From positions 16,629 through 80,628 of the forward strand of contig CAISRB010000008.1 of NCBI GenBank assembly GCA_903887775.1: a stretch of DNA of 64,000 bases, read 5' to 3'. The translations under genes and the position numbers were made by a program. Within the stretch, counting starts at the first letter, position 1, and each line of letters opens with the position of its first letter. Origin of the DNA: an uncultured Bacteroidales bacterium (GTDB taxonomy: Bacteria; Bacteroidota; Bacteroidia; Bacteroidales; FEN-979). The notes under the pieces are model-generated. The model was not told the DNA's origin. It saw nothing but the letters and a program-made list of their open reading frames with translations, and ran no database searches. Shown here piece after piece: positions 43,564 through 53,400 of this stretch.

Positions 43564-44012
43564 GTCATTAATTTAAGATGTGTCGAATATAAAACGACAA
43601 ATGTTCCCGAAAGGATGATGTCAAAAACAGAAGGGCCGGGAAGGTTGAAAAAATACATGGGAGCAAGGATCAGTAGAATCTGGGCGATAGTGTAAACGTG
43701 AAATCCGTTTTTTTTCAGGTTCCACATTATAAAGGCGCCTGAGCCTGACACAGCATATAAGACTGCATTCACAAAGAAAAACGCAGGTTTGCCTTCAGTG
43801 ATCATCTCAAGCCCTGGTATTTTGTATAAATTGGCAAGATCAGTTGCAATCACTGTAAACTGATCAAAGAAAACGCCGATAAAGATGCTTGAAATGAATG
43901 TCAGGCCACTGTTGATAAAAGTAAGAATGCATAATATAGTTAACAGGTTTGGTCTGGTCAAAGGCGGTGGCCCTGTATCGGATCCGGGTGTTCTGAGTTC
44001 TTCCTCTGTCAT
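43560..44012 (-). CDS. Small polytopic membrane protein (about 4 TM), unknown family
   Basis: 150 aa and hydrophobic. It lies directly downstream of hutH on the same strand. Confidence 0.5.
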   Translation of the reverse strand: MTEEELRTPGSDTGPPPLTRPNLLTILCILTFINSGLTFISSIFIGVFFDQFTVIATDLANLYKIPGLEMITEGKPAFFFVNAVLYAVSGSGAFIMWNLKKNGFHVYTIAQILLILAPMYFFNLPGPSVFDIILSGTFVVLYSTHLKLMT

Positions 44013-44040
44013 GTAAGTTCAATAAATTTGTATTGAAGGA

Positions 44041-45564
44041 TTATTCCAGGCTACCCGTTACCTTCTCCACTTCATTCAGTATCTCACAGGATTTTACGAG
44101 CTCCTTCATTTTGTTGTGGTCGGGGTAAAGCGGTCTGTCAATTTCGAGGAATTTAACGTACTTGCGGATCACTTCCTTCGCTTTCGTGGTCCCCACGCCG
44201 AATTTATATTCACGGAAGTCGAGCGCCTGGGCTGCAGCCATCAGTTCGATACCAAGTATACCATACGCATTGTCGAGGATCTGGAAGTTTTTCAGGGCTG
44301 TGTTCATCCCCATGGAAACAAAATCTTCCTGGTCGGCGGCGGCTGGAATGGACTGGATCGAAGCCGGCATCGAGAGTATGCGTTGTTCAACGATCTGCAT
44401 ATCGGCTGTATACTGGCTGAGCATCATACCTGAGAACATTCCTGCCCCTTTCGTCAGAAATGCAGGAAGCCCGACGCTCAGGGCAGGATGGTTCAAACGG
44501 TTCATGCGGCGTTCGCTCATTACCGAAACCATCGTTATAACGTACCCGGCCATATCCATTGGAACAGAAACCGGGGAACCCTGGAAGTTTGCGCCCGACA
44601 GCTGCAGGTTTTCATCAGGGAAGAAGATGGGGTTATCACCCACGCCGTTGAGTTCTATTTCCACTTGGGAACGCGCGTAAGCCAATGCATCATGGGCAGC
44701 GCCTATCACCTGAGGGGTTGAACGCATCGAATAGGCATCCTGAACCTTGCATTTAACTTTCATCTCAGCGAGGTCGCCTCCTGTTACGCATTTTAAAATT
44801 GATGCAGCGCTGCGGACGGCGCCTTTGAAACCACGTATCTCGTGAAGTTTAGGGCTATAAGGACGCATATTCGCTTTCATGGCTTCGAGCGACATCGAAG
44901 CTGCGATCTCGGCCTGCTTGAGCCAGTTGTTCGCATCGAACAGGAACAAAGCACTCATGGCTGTAAGCACATTGGACCCATTGATGGTGGCCAGGCCGTC
45001 ACGGGCTTTCAAACCCGGAACCGGGATCCCTGCGAGATTAAGCGCCTCTTTGCCCTCATAGAGTTTTCCTTCAAAATAGGCATGGCCTTCGCCCATCATG
45101 AGCAAAGCGATCTGCGACATGGGGGCCAGGTCGCCGCATGCGCCAACCGAACCTTTCTGGCATACCATAGGGGTAACTCCCTTGTTCAGCATATCGACCA
45201 GGGTCTGAGTTATCTCAATCCTGGATCCGCTGTTGCCATGGGCATGCACATTGATACGGCCAAGCATGGCGCCTCGCACCCAGTCAAGCGGCATTGGATC
45301 GCCAATGCCCGCCGCGTGATTGTAAATAAGGTATTTCTGGAAATCTTGTACCTGGTTATCATCCAGCACGACTTCAGAAAATTCCCCTATACCCGTATTA
45401 ACGCCGTACATGATCTCATGTGCCTCGATCTTTCTCTCGAGCATGGCCCTGCATTTATTGATGCGCTCAATGGCTTTTGGGTCAAGCTGTACTTTTTCTC
45501 CATGCCGGGCAACACGCACAACATCCTCGATTGTAAGCCCGGAACCTTTTATTATCAGTGTCAT
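44041..45564 (-). CDS. hutH: Histidine ammonia-lyase family (MIO-dependent aromatic amino acid lyase) with an Ala-Cys-Gly triad
   Basis: 507 aa. YGVNTGIGEFS, NHAAGIG, GSVGACGDLAPMSQ, NGSN..., QEDFVSMG. Confidence 0.8.
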   Translation of the reverse strand: MTLIIKGSGLTIEDVVRVARHGEKVQLDPKAIERINKCRAMLERKIEAHEIMYGVNTGIGEFSEVVLDDNQVQDFQKYLIYNHAAGIGDPMPLDWVRGAMLGRINVHAHGNSGSRIEITQTLVDMLNKGVTPMVCQKGSVGACGDLAPMSQIALLMMGEGHAYFEGKLYEGKEALNLAGIPVPGLKARDGLATINGSNVLTAMSALFLFDANNWLKQAEIAASMSLEAMKANMRPYSPKLHEIRGFKGAVRSAASILKCVTGGDLAEMKVKCKVQDAYSMRSTPQVIGAAHDALAYARSQVEIELNGVGDNPIFFPDENLQLSGANFQGSPVSVPMDMAGYVITMVSVMSERRMNRLNHPALSVGLPAFLTKGAGMFSGMMLSQYTADMQIVEQRILSMPASIQSIPAAADQEDFVSMGMNTALKNFQILDNAYGILGIELMAAAQALDFREYKFGVGTTKAKEVIRKYVKFLEIDRPLYPDHNKMKELVKSCEILNEVEKVTGSLE

Positions 45565-45582
45565 TTGTCAGTTTTTTATGTC

Positions 45583-46965
45583 TTATGATTTATTTTTCAG
45601 TCGGCTGATGAATTCTTCCCTTCCCATCAGGCTTTGCCCGCCAGTGTTCATATCCTTTACTGCGACCATACCGCTTTCAATTTCATCTTTGCCGATCAGG
45701 GCTACAAAGGGAATTTGTTTACGGCTGGCATACTCGAGTTGCTTCTTCAGTTTTGATGCATCCGGGTATATTTCTGATGGAATACCTTCCTTCCTGACCT
45801 CGGCCAGCACCTGCAGTGCGAACCTTTCTTCTTCGGGGCCGAAATTAGCAAATAAAACAGTTGTAGGTTGCTGGATGGTTTCGGGGAACCTGTTTAATTC
45901 GGCCATCACATCATAAATACGGTCGGCTCCAAATGAAATGCCCACACCTGAAACACCCGGCAGGCCAAAGATTCCTGTAAGGTCATCATAGCGCCCCCCC
46001 CCGCATATGCTTCCCATGGCAATATCATTTGCTTTGACCTCGATGATGGTTCCTGTATAATAATTAAGCCCGCGGGCAAGGCGAACATCAAAATTCCATT
46101 TATTGCGGAGCTTCATTTCTTTAAGCAAACTGCAGAGATGCTTCAATTCCTCAATTCCTTTTTTTCCTGTTTCAGAATTCTTAAGCAGACCCTCGAGCGT
46201 TTCGATTTTATCACTGATAGTTCCTTCCATCAGTAAAACCGGCTGTAATGCCCGGATAGCAAGATCGTTTAACCCTCTTTCTTTAAGTTCCTGACACACT
46301 TTCTCCAGGCCGACTTTATCCAGTTTGTCGATAGCAACCGTAATATCGGTAAGACTTTGAGGTGATCCTATAGCTTCGGCTATCCCGGCAAGAATTTTGC
46401 GGTTGTTAAAGAGAGTTGTGGTTTCAATGCCGAAGCGTGAAAATACCTCGTCGATGATCTGTATCAGCTCCACCTCATACAGCAACGATGCACTTCCAAC
46501 GACATCCACATCGCACTGAAAAAATTCCCTGTAACGTCCTTTCTGGGGCCTGTCGGCACGCCAAACAGGTTGAATCTGGTAACGTTTGAAAGGGAATATC
46601 AGCTCGTTTTGATGCTGGACCACGAATCGTGCAAAAGGCACGGTGAGGTCATAACGCAGGCCTTTTTCGGAGATCAGGGGGGTAAGCTCCCTGTAGCCGG
46701 GGATTGGGAGTTGGGGATCGGCGACAGGGGAGATGCCATCCAGGAAGTTTCCCGAATTTAAAATTTTAAACAGCAGTTTATCGCCTTCCTCGCCGTACTT
46801 GCCCGTCAGTGTTGTAAGGTTCTCGATGGCAGGAGTTTCGATCGGAAGATATCCAAAGACCTCAAAAACAGAACGTATGGTATTAAAGATATAGTTACGG
46901 CCGGCCATTTCGGTTGGCTTGAAATCACGGGTTCCTTTAGGTATGGAAGGTTTCTGGACTGCCAT
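45583..46965 (-). CDS. hisS: Histidine--tRNA ligase
   Basis: [20 protein letters not shown].., [44 protein letters not shown]. The start was moved to the ATG at 46963-46965; the longer track ORF overlaps the neighbouring gene. Confidence 0.92.
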   Translation of the reverse strand: MAVQKPSIPKGTRDFKPTEMAGRNYIFNTIRSVFEVFGYLPIETPAIENLTTLTGKYGEEGDKLLFKILNSGNFLDGISPVADPQLPIPGYRELTPLISEKGLRYDLTVPFARFVVQHQNELIFPFKRYQIQPVWRADRPQKGRYREFFQCDVDVVGSASLLYEVELIQIIDEVFSRFGIETTTLFNNRKILAGIAEAIGSPQSLTDITVAIDKLDKVGLEKVCQELKERGLNDLAIRALQPVLLMEGTISDKIETLEGLLKNSETGKKGIEELKHLCSLLKEMKLRNKWNFDVRLARGLNYYTGTIIEVKANDIAMGSICGGGRYDDLTGIFGLPGVSGVGISFGADRIYDVMAELNRFPETIQQPTTVLFANFGPEEERFALQVLAEVRKEGIPSEIYPDASKLKKQLEYASRKQIPFVALIGKDEIESGMVAVKDMNTGGQSLMGREEFISRLKNKS

Positions 46966-47002
46966 TATAAAGTATTTGTGCAAAGATAAAAAAAGAGAAG
47001 AA

Positions 47003-47473
47003 TCAAACCCCAAGTTTATTGAGAAGTTCCCCGATGTATTCACGGGTTCCGGTGCTTCCTTCCTTAGGGGCCCATGGAGCAAAGTTCTTATCGTCAATGG
47101 GATTATAAGGGCCGTCCTTTACTTCGTAGGCAACGGTCCCGCTTTCGAGGGAGAGGACAGTATGAAATATCTTTTCGGGGATTTCAACTCCGTAAACACC
47201 CTTAAGGGGGTCCAGTATGATATGCTCCCTGATATTCCCGTGTTCATCAAATTCCACTACAAGGATACGTCCCCTCAGTGCAAAAAAAACCTCCCGCTTG
47301 TCGGGATCCTCATGTTTATGGGGCTGGATATAACTCAATGGTTCCATCGCATTGAGCATTCTCTGGAGAGTGTCGGAATACTGCCTGTGGAAGTTGTAGT
47401 TCTTACGCCGCCTTGGAATGGACTTCGCCCCGGAAGTCACCGAATCCAGAAGGTTCTTTTCTATACGAATCAT
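47003..47473 (-). CDS. WbuC-like cupin-fold protein
   Basis: [37 protein letters not shown] matches my recollection of the WbuC cupin family. The start is set at Met15 of the track ORF. Confidence 0.55.
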   Translation of the reverse strand: MIRIEKNLLDSVTSGAKSIPRRRKNYNFHRQYSDTLQRMLNAMEPLSYIQPHKHEDPDKREVFFALRGRILVVEFDEHGNIREHIILDPLKGVYGVEIPEKIFHTVLSLESGTVAYEVKDGPYNPIDDKNFAPWAPKEGSTGTREYIGELLNKLGV

Positions 47474-47510
47474 GTGACCAGTCGTAACGTTATTTGAGCG
47501 AAGCATTTCA

Positions 47511-47630
47511 CACAAGCCGCATCAGGTGGAGCGAGCGAGCAATTTGCACAAGCCGCATCAGGTGGAACGCAGTGACACCGTAGCGGCGGTGCAAGATTGC
47601 AAGCGATAAGCGACACCGTAGCAGTGGTGT
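47511..47630. repeat. GC-rich intergenic block with two duplicated words
   Basis: CACAAGCCGCATCAGGTGGA occurs at 47511-47530 and 47547-47566. GACACCGTAGC(G/A)G(C/T)GGTG occurs at 47574-47591 and 47612-47629. Each copy of the second word can form a 5-bp mini-hairpin. Confidence 0.85.
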
Positions 47631-47646
47631 GAAGATGCGAGCGACA

Positions 47647-49323
47647 TCATGCTTTTAACTTCTTGTACTTGATCCGTTTCGGGCCCTCATCCCCAAGCCG
47701 TTTCTTTTTGTTTTCTTCATAATCAGAATATGAACCTTCAAAGAAATACACCTGGGAATCACCTTCAAATGCAAGGATATGTGTGGCCACCCTGTCGAGG
47801 AACCAACGGTCGTGCGAGATGATCACCGCACAGCCGGCAAAATTCTCCAGGCCTTCCTCGAGGGCACGGAGGGTATTTACATCGATATCGTTTGTCGGTT
47901 CGTCAAGCAACAGCACATTCGCCTCTTCCTTGAGAGTGAGTGCAAGGTGCAGGCGGTTTCTCTCACCCCCTGAAAGCACCCCGCATTTCTTTTCCTGGTC
48001 GGCCCCGGTAAAATTAAATCTTGCCACATATGCCCTTGCATTCATCAATCTCCCTCCTAACTGAATCGTTTCGCTGTCATTTGATATGACCTGGTAAACG
48101 GTTTTTTCGGGGTCGATGGCGGTATGGGCCTGGTCGACATAGGCAAGTTTCACTGTATCTCCGATACGAAAATCACCTTTCCCGGGTGTTTCGCTGCCCA
48201 TAATAAGCCTGAAAAGAGTGGTTTTCCCTGCTCCGTTAGGCCCGATGATCCCGACAATTCCAGCAGGGGGCAATGCAAAGCTAAGGTTTTCATAAAGAAG
48301 CTTGTCTCCGAAGGACTTCGAAACCCCGTTAGCCTCGATCACCAGGTTGCCAAGCCTCGGGCCGTTGGGAATGTATAATTCCAGACGTTCTTCTTTTTCC
48401 CTGACATCCTCATTAAGGAGTTTCTCATAGGAGCTGAGGCGGGCTTTACCCTTGGCCTGGCGGGCTTTTGGCGACATCCGCACCCAGTCCAGCTCCCGCT
48501 CGAGGATCTTCCTGCGCCGGCTTTCCTGCTTCTCTTCCATAGCGAGGCGCTTCGACTTCTGGTCAAGCCAAGAGGAATAATTTCCCTGCCATGGGATGCC
48601 TTCTCCACGGTCAAGTTCGAGAATCCACCCTGCGACATTATCCAGGAAATAGCGGTCGTGGGTGATGGCAATCACTGTTCCCTTATATTGCTGCAAATGC
48701 TGTTCCAGCCACTGTATCGATTCAGCATCCAGATGATTGGTAGGCTCGTCGAGAAGAAGAATATCGGGCTCCTGCAGCAGCAGCCGGCATAAAGCAACCC
48801 TGCGGCGTTCTCCGCCTGAAAGCACGTTTACAGGCATATTCTCATCGGGACAGCGAAGGGCATCCATAGCTCTTTGCAGCTTGCTGTCAAGTTCCCATGC
48901 ATTATGATGGTCAAGGAGTTCGGTAAGTTCTCCCTGACGGGTAATGAGTTTATTCATCTCGTCATCGCTCATGGGCTCCGCGAACTTCATGTTCACCTCT
49001 TCATATTCCTTCAGCATGCTCACAACTTCGTGAACGCCTTCTTCCACGACCTGGCGGACGGTCTTTGTTTCATCGATCAGTGGTTCCTGTTCAAGAAAAC
49101 CGACTGAATACCCCGGGGAAAAAACAACCTGGCCCTGGAATGACTTTTCAATCCCTGCAATGACTTTAAGAAGTGTGGATTTCCCGGAACCGTTCAAACC
49201 AATGATACCGATCTTCGCACCATAAAAAAACGACAGGTAAATGTTTTTAAGGACCTGTTTATGTGGTGGAAATATCTTGCTGACCCCCACCATCGAGAAA
49301 ATTATTTTTTTATCGTCAGACAT
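47647..49323 (-). CDS. ettA: Energy-dependent translational throttle protein EttA (ABC-F ATPase)
   Basis: 558 aa with two ABC cassettes (GLNGSGKST / LSGGERRR; GPNGAGKTT / LSGGERNR). The N-terminus IFSMVGVSKIFPPHKQVLKNI is typical of EttA. Confidence 0.9.
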   Translation of the reverse strand: MSDDKKIIFSMVGVSKIFPPHKQVLKNIYLSFFYGAKIGIIGLNGSGKSTLLKVIAGIEKSFQGQVVFSPGYSVGFLEQEPLIDETKTVRQVVEEGVHEVVSMLKEYEEVNMKFAEPMSDDEMNKLITRQGELTELLDHHNAWELDSKLQRAMDALRCPDENMPVNVLSGGERRRVALCRLLLQEPDILLLDEPTNHLDAESIQWLEQHLQQYKGTVIAITHDRYFLDNVAGWILELDRGEGIPWQGNYSSWLDQKSKRLAMEEKQESRRRKILERELDWVRMSPKARQAKGKARLSSYEKLLNEDVREKEERLELYIPNGPRLGNLVIEANGVSKSFGDKLLYENLSFALPPAGIVGIIGPNGAGKTTLFRLIMGSETPGKGDFRIGDTVKLAYVDQAHTAIDPEKTVYQVISNDSETIQLGGRLMNARAYVARFNFTGADQEKKCGVLSGGERNRLHLALTLKEEANVLLLDEPTNDIDVNTLRALEEGLENFAGCAVIISHDRWFLDRVATHILAFEGDSQVYFFEGSYSDYEENKKKRLGDEGPKRIKYKKLKA

Positions 49324-49333
49324 AGGATGATGT

Positions 49334-49354
49334 ACGATTTACGATTTACGATTT
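49334..49354. repeat. (ACGATTT)x3 heptanucleotide tandem repeat
   Basis: Read directly. It starts 11 nt upstream of the ettA start codon (counted on the minus strand). Confidence 0.9.
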
Positions 49355-49395
49355 ATGTTAAACGAATTCTATGATAATTGTTATTTCGCTTCTAG

Positions 49396-50559
49396 CTACT
49401 TTTTTTCAATCAACGCTTCAATCTTCGCTGTTTCCCTCTCCCAGCTGAAATTATCATGAACAAAACGGCAGCCGTTAAGGCCTATTTCCCTGGCTTTCAC
49501 GGGATTGTTCAGCAGGAAGAGTATATGTTTAACATATTCTTCAGGTGTAGCTGCAACCAGTATATCTTCACCGGATCTGGCTTTCAGGGCCTGGAAGGCA
49601 AGAGGTGAGGTAATGCAGGGAATCTGCATCGCCATGGCCTCCAGAAGTTTGTTCTGAAGGCCCGTACCGATCTGCATCGGGGCGATAAACACTTTAGCGC
49701 TGGCATAGCATTCGCGCATATCGGGCACCCAGCCGCTGACTTCCACGTTATTCGACTTCAGGATCATCACCCGGATGTTGGGATTGGCTCCTGCCAGAAG
49801 CAGATGCAGATCATGCTTTTGCAGAAACAACCTTGGAAGTATCTGGTTGACAAGAAATTCGGCGCTGTTGATGTTAGGCGGATAACCCATATTACCTGTA
49901 AAAACGAGGTCGTATTTTTTCTTTCTTTCGAGGGGTTGGAAGAAATCGGTATCCACTCCATTGGCCACAACAACAATCTTGTTGCGGTCGGGGTGAGGGA
50001 TAAGGTCTCTGTCGGGTTCCGAAATAATGATCTTGTTATCGAAGCAGTCAAACACCATCCGCTCGTAATTCTGAAGCCTCCGGTGTTCAATTTTCAGGAA
50101 CGGTTTCAGATAAAACGCGGAAAGGGCGATTCTCCGGTCAATACCCTTTGAAAAAACATCCTGGTAGTCAATGGTCTTTGGGATAGGAAGATCCTTGACA
50201 TATTCTGCAACCCGGATAAGCTGACAAAAAATATGATCTGGTTTATAGGTGTCGATCAGTTTAAGTATTTGTTTTTTCGCCGACGGACTGTAAAAATAGC
50301 CAACCTGCAACGGCAGTCCGCTGAAAAAAGCTTTTATGATATTCAGAAGGACACTGAACTTGTTAAGTGAAATCACATGCACGGCTTTCACATATTTATT
50401 CAGTACATGCAATGCGTCTTTATGAAGCGCGCTGTCGTTCAGGGAGCAAAGAATTATCTCGTGGTGCCGTGAAAGCTGTTTGATCTGGTGGAATGCCCGG
50501 AGTTTATCGCCTTTTTCTGTCGGATAAGGTACGCGGGGAAGAAGAAAAAATATTCTCAT
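49396..50559 (-). CDS. Glycosyltransferase, GT4-like (GT-B fold)
   Basis: 387 aa. MRIFFLLPRVPYPTEKGDKLR at the N-terminus, with C-terminal GTGLQNKLLEAMAM (E-x7-E-like region). Confidence 0.8.
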   Translation of the reverse strand: MRIFFLLPRVPYPTEKGDKLRAFHQIKQLSRHHEIILCSLNDSALHKDALHVLNKYVKAVHVISLNKFSVLLNIIKAFFSGLPLQVGYFYSPSAKKQILKLIDTYKPDHIFCQLIRVAEYVKDLPIPKTIDYQDVFSKGIDRRIALSAFYLKPFLKIEHRRLQNYERMVFDCFDNKIIISEPDRDLIPHPDRNKIVVVANGVDTDFFQPLERKKKYDLVFTGNMGYPPNINSAEFLVNQILPRLFLQKHDLHLLLAGANPNIRVMILKSNNVEVSGWVPDMRECYASAKVFIAPMQIGTGLQNKLLEAMAMQIPCITSPLAFQALKARSGEDILVAATPEEYVKHILFLLNNPVKAREIGLNGCRFVHDNFSWERETAKIEALIEKK

Positions 50560-50597
50560 GAGTCAATCTGTGGAAAGCAAAAGTAGGAAAATCCTGA

Positions 50598-51794
50598 TTA
50601 AGCAATCAGTTTCATGTAAAAAGCTTCCAGGTTTTCAATGATTTTTTTCCGGTCATATGTCGACTCTGCGAGCTTTCTTGCATTTAATCCTGTTTTCTGA
50701 AGGATCTCAGGATATTCAATGCAAACAGAAATCATCTCGAAGAATTCGCAGGCCAGGTCTGCAACAAGAAGATTCTCTCCCCGTGTATACTCAATGCCTT
50801 CGGCTCCAAGGGAAGTTGAAACAACGGTTTTGCCGTAAGCCATTGCCTCGATGATTTTAATCCGTATTCCGCTGCCCGAGAACAGGGGAACGATCATAAT
50901 ATCATTGGCAGCAAAGAACGATGACGCATCCCTGACCTCACCTTCAACAACCACATTCTTCAGTGAAAGATTTTTCATCCATACAGGCATTTCCCTGCCC
51001 GCAATATGAAATTCAAGCGAGGGATACCGCTTATGGAGGTCGAACCATACATTCTCAATAAACCAGCGTACGCCTTCCTGGTTCGGGATCCAGTTCATAG
51101 CGCCGATAATGAATATCGTAGGATTTTTGTTTACTTTTTCTGATACTCTGTAATCGACCGGATTTATACCAAAAGGTATTGCAATAACCGGGTTTTCGGT
51201 ATGGGCTCTGAAAAAATCAGCATCGTTTCCGGTGATGGCGGCCACCCCGTCAACGAGGTCGGGAATGGTTATTTCGAACAGTTTCAGTGTCCTTGCAAGG
51301 TGGTCAATATACAACCTTTTAAAAGGATTGGACGAATTTGCAGCTACTCTTTCCCAGATAAGGTGTTCGATGTTATGGGCCCTGAGAATGATCCTGGCTT
51401 TTGAATACCTGCGGATGACATTGATGTAAGAAGCCATCACAAGGGTTTCAAGCTGAACTATTTCGTATTCTGATTCCTGCAATACTTCCTTAATCCGTTC
51501 TGAGAATGAAGCCGAAATGAAACGTTCAACATGATATGAACGGCTGGTGAAGAAATTTGTAAAAGCCGGGAGCAACTTCACCCTCAGGTCGACATCGATC
51601 AGCTCGATCCCGGTTTTGTCCTTGTAATCAGGAGGAATATCGGCCGGATTAATATTATATTTAAAGGAATTGACAGCTAATACTTTTACAGAATGACCGG
51701 CATCCAACATCCCTTCAATGAGCATATTCATTGCTATCGGCCCCCCTTCCTTTGGTGGCCAGGGCGATTTATTGCAAAGGAATAATATCCTCAT
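50598..51794 (-). CDS. Glycosyltransferase, GT4-like (GT-B fold)
   Basis: 398 aa. MRILFLCNKSPWPPKEGGPIAM at the N-terminus, with C-terminal GSGIRIKIIEAMAYG. The start overlaps the upstream stop by 4 nt. Confidence 0.8.
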   Translation of the reverse strand: MRILFLCNKSPWPPKEGGPIAMNMLIEGMLDAGHSVKVLAVNSFKYNINPADIPPDYKDKTGIELIDVDLRVKLLPAFTNFFTSRSYHVERFISASFSERIKEVLQESEYEIVQLETLVMASYINVIRRYSKARIILRAHNIEHLIWERVAANSSNPFKRLYIDHLARTLKLFEITIPDLVDGVAAITGNDADFFRAHTENPVIAIPFGINPVDYRVSEKVNKNPTIFIIGAMNWIPNQEGVRWFIENVWFDLHKRYPSLEFHIAGREMPVWMKNLSLKNVVVEGEVRDASSFFAANDIMIVPLFSGSGIRIKIIEAMAYGKTVVSTSLGAEGIEYTRGENLLVADLACEFFEMISVCIEYPEILQKTGLNARKLAESTYDRKKIIENLEAFYMKLIA

Positions 51795-53257
51795 AGGCCC
51801 TGCTCGTTTTGAATTCGGAATATTTTCTGGAAGAACTTAATCCAGCTGTCGACATCTAGTAATGAAGCGTCATTTGTGGCTTTACGGGTCAGAAAAGCGC
51901 CGATCGGCAAAAGGACGGCCGAAGCCAGCCACATGCCCTGCCATACAGCTACCTGCCCGTCAGCGGCATACTTTTCGCCGGTAAAGGATATGATCCAGTA
52001 AAGAATAAAAAAAATGGTTGAAATAACCGCAGGCATTCCGAGGCCGCCTTTGCGGATTATAGCACCCAGGGGGGCGCCTATGAAAAATAACAGGAAGCAT
52101 GCAATTGAGAACGTGAACTTTTTATGAAACACAATCAGGTGCTTGTATACAAGTTTCTCCTTGATGTCAAAATTGTCACTTGAAACACTCACGTTTTCTT
52201 TCACTGAGTTGGCCGTATTATAAGCTGCGTTGATAATATTGAACCTGTCTGAAGGTTCAAAACTGGCCAGAATGTTGCTGGCAAAAAAGGCTTTGCTCTT
52301 TTTACTTCCGGGTTTGTCCGGAACATTTCGTTTAAAAGGTGTAAACGCTGTGTCACGGCCGGTAAGCACGGTAAAATTATTGAACATATTATCAGACGAT
52401 GTTTTTCTTTCTTTAAGAATTTCCTGACGGATGGAATCGATTGAAAAACGGAGCTGGCTGATGTTCAGCATCTCGTAATTCTTTTTGAACAGATTTTCAT
52501 CGGTGCGGGTCAGTTGTAAGCCTGAAAGATCAAACATCTGGTACTGTTCACTGAATTTTGTCCTCTGGAATGGCCTTGTCATCTCATTCCTCCGCAAATC
52601 GATGCGTTCTTCGTAGTTATACCCGTTATACAGCCTGAAGACCAGAAATCGTTTATCGGCGCTGAGTTCCATTTTGCCCCATTCTGCAACGGTCATTGAA
52701 ACATTTCCCATATGCTTTGTATGGTCATAGACCATGACGTCGCGGATGGTGTTGCCATCTGCGTCCTTTTTTCCCACCCTGATCACAAATCCATCAATGC
52801 CATTATAAAAAACACCTTCCCTGAGATTAAATGAAAGTTTCTTTTCCCTCACGTCATACAGTAAAGAAAGAAATTTAAGATTAGCTTTCGGAAGCACGAT
52901 ATTGGCAAAATAAAAAGCAAGCACGGAAATCAGTATGGATACGACGATCAGCGCCCGCATGATACGGAACAGGCTGATCCCGGCAGCTTTCATAGTCACC
53001 AGTTCATAATGTTCCCCCAGGTTCCCGAAGGTCATCAGGGAGGATAAGAGGATGGCCAGAGGAAGGGCCATGGGAACGAAAGTAGACGATGCGAAGAATA
53101 GCAGCTTAAGAATAATATACCATTCGAGCCCCTTGCCGACAAGGTCATCGATATACTTCCATAAAAACTGCATGAGCAAAATGAACAGGGCAATGAAGAA
53201 TGTCATAACGAGCGGCCCCAGGTATGATTTTAAAATGAACCAGTCGAGTTTCTTCAT
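51791..53257 (-). CDS. LptF/LptG-family LPS export permease
   Basis: 488 aa. LDWFILKSYLGPLVMTFFIALFILLMQFLW, a large periplasmic loop and C-terminal TM helices. Confidence 0.8.
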   Translation of the reverse strand: MKKLDWFILKSYLGPLVMTFFIALFILLMQFLWKYIDDLVGKGLEWYIILKLLFFASSTFVPMALPLAILLSSLMTFGNLGEHYELVTMKAAGISLFRIMRALIVVSILISVLAFYFANIVLPKANLKFLSLLYDVREKKLSFNLREGVFYNGIDGFVIRVGKKDADGNTIRDVMVYDHTKHMGNVSMTVAEWGKMELSADKRFLVFRLYNGYNYEERIDLRRNEMTRPFQRTKFSEQYQMFDLSGLQLTRTDENLFKKNYEMLNISQLRFSIDSIRQEILKERKTSSDNMFNNFTVLTGRDTAFTPFKRNVPDKPGSKKSKAFFASNILASFEPSDRFNIINAAYNTANSVKENVSVSSDNFDIKEKLVYKHLIVFHKKFTFSIACFLLFFIGAPLGAIIRKGGLGMPAVISTIFFILYWIISFTGEKYAADGQVAVWQGMWLASAVLLPIGAFLTRKATNDASLLDVDSWIKFFQKIFRIQNEQGL

Positions 53258-53319
53258 GATGCGAATCTTAAAGCAAAGATAACTATTTGTTCAATTTAAG
53301 TTACATTTGCATACTAAAT

Positions 53320-53400
53320 AGCGAAGTAGCGAAATGGCGAGGTAGCGAAATTAAGTTTCGAAACATTCAGATAAACATTTTCGCTATCTCGCTACTTCAC
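53320..53400. repeat. GCGAA-unit inverted-repeat element flanked by an 8-nt direct repeat (MITE-like signature)
   Basis: The left end is AGCGAAGTAGCGAAAT. The right end reverse-complemented is GTGAAGTAGCGAGAT (13 of 15 match). TACTAAAT occurs at 53312-53319 and 53401-53408. Confidence 0.7.

Noticed and set aside
46966-47097. 44-codon N-terminal extension of the hisS ORF in the track ([11 protein letters not shown]...).
   Set aside because: The extension overlaps the 3' end of the cupin gene and has no HisRS similarity. The internal Met gives the canonical [15 protein letters not shown] start.
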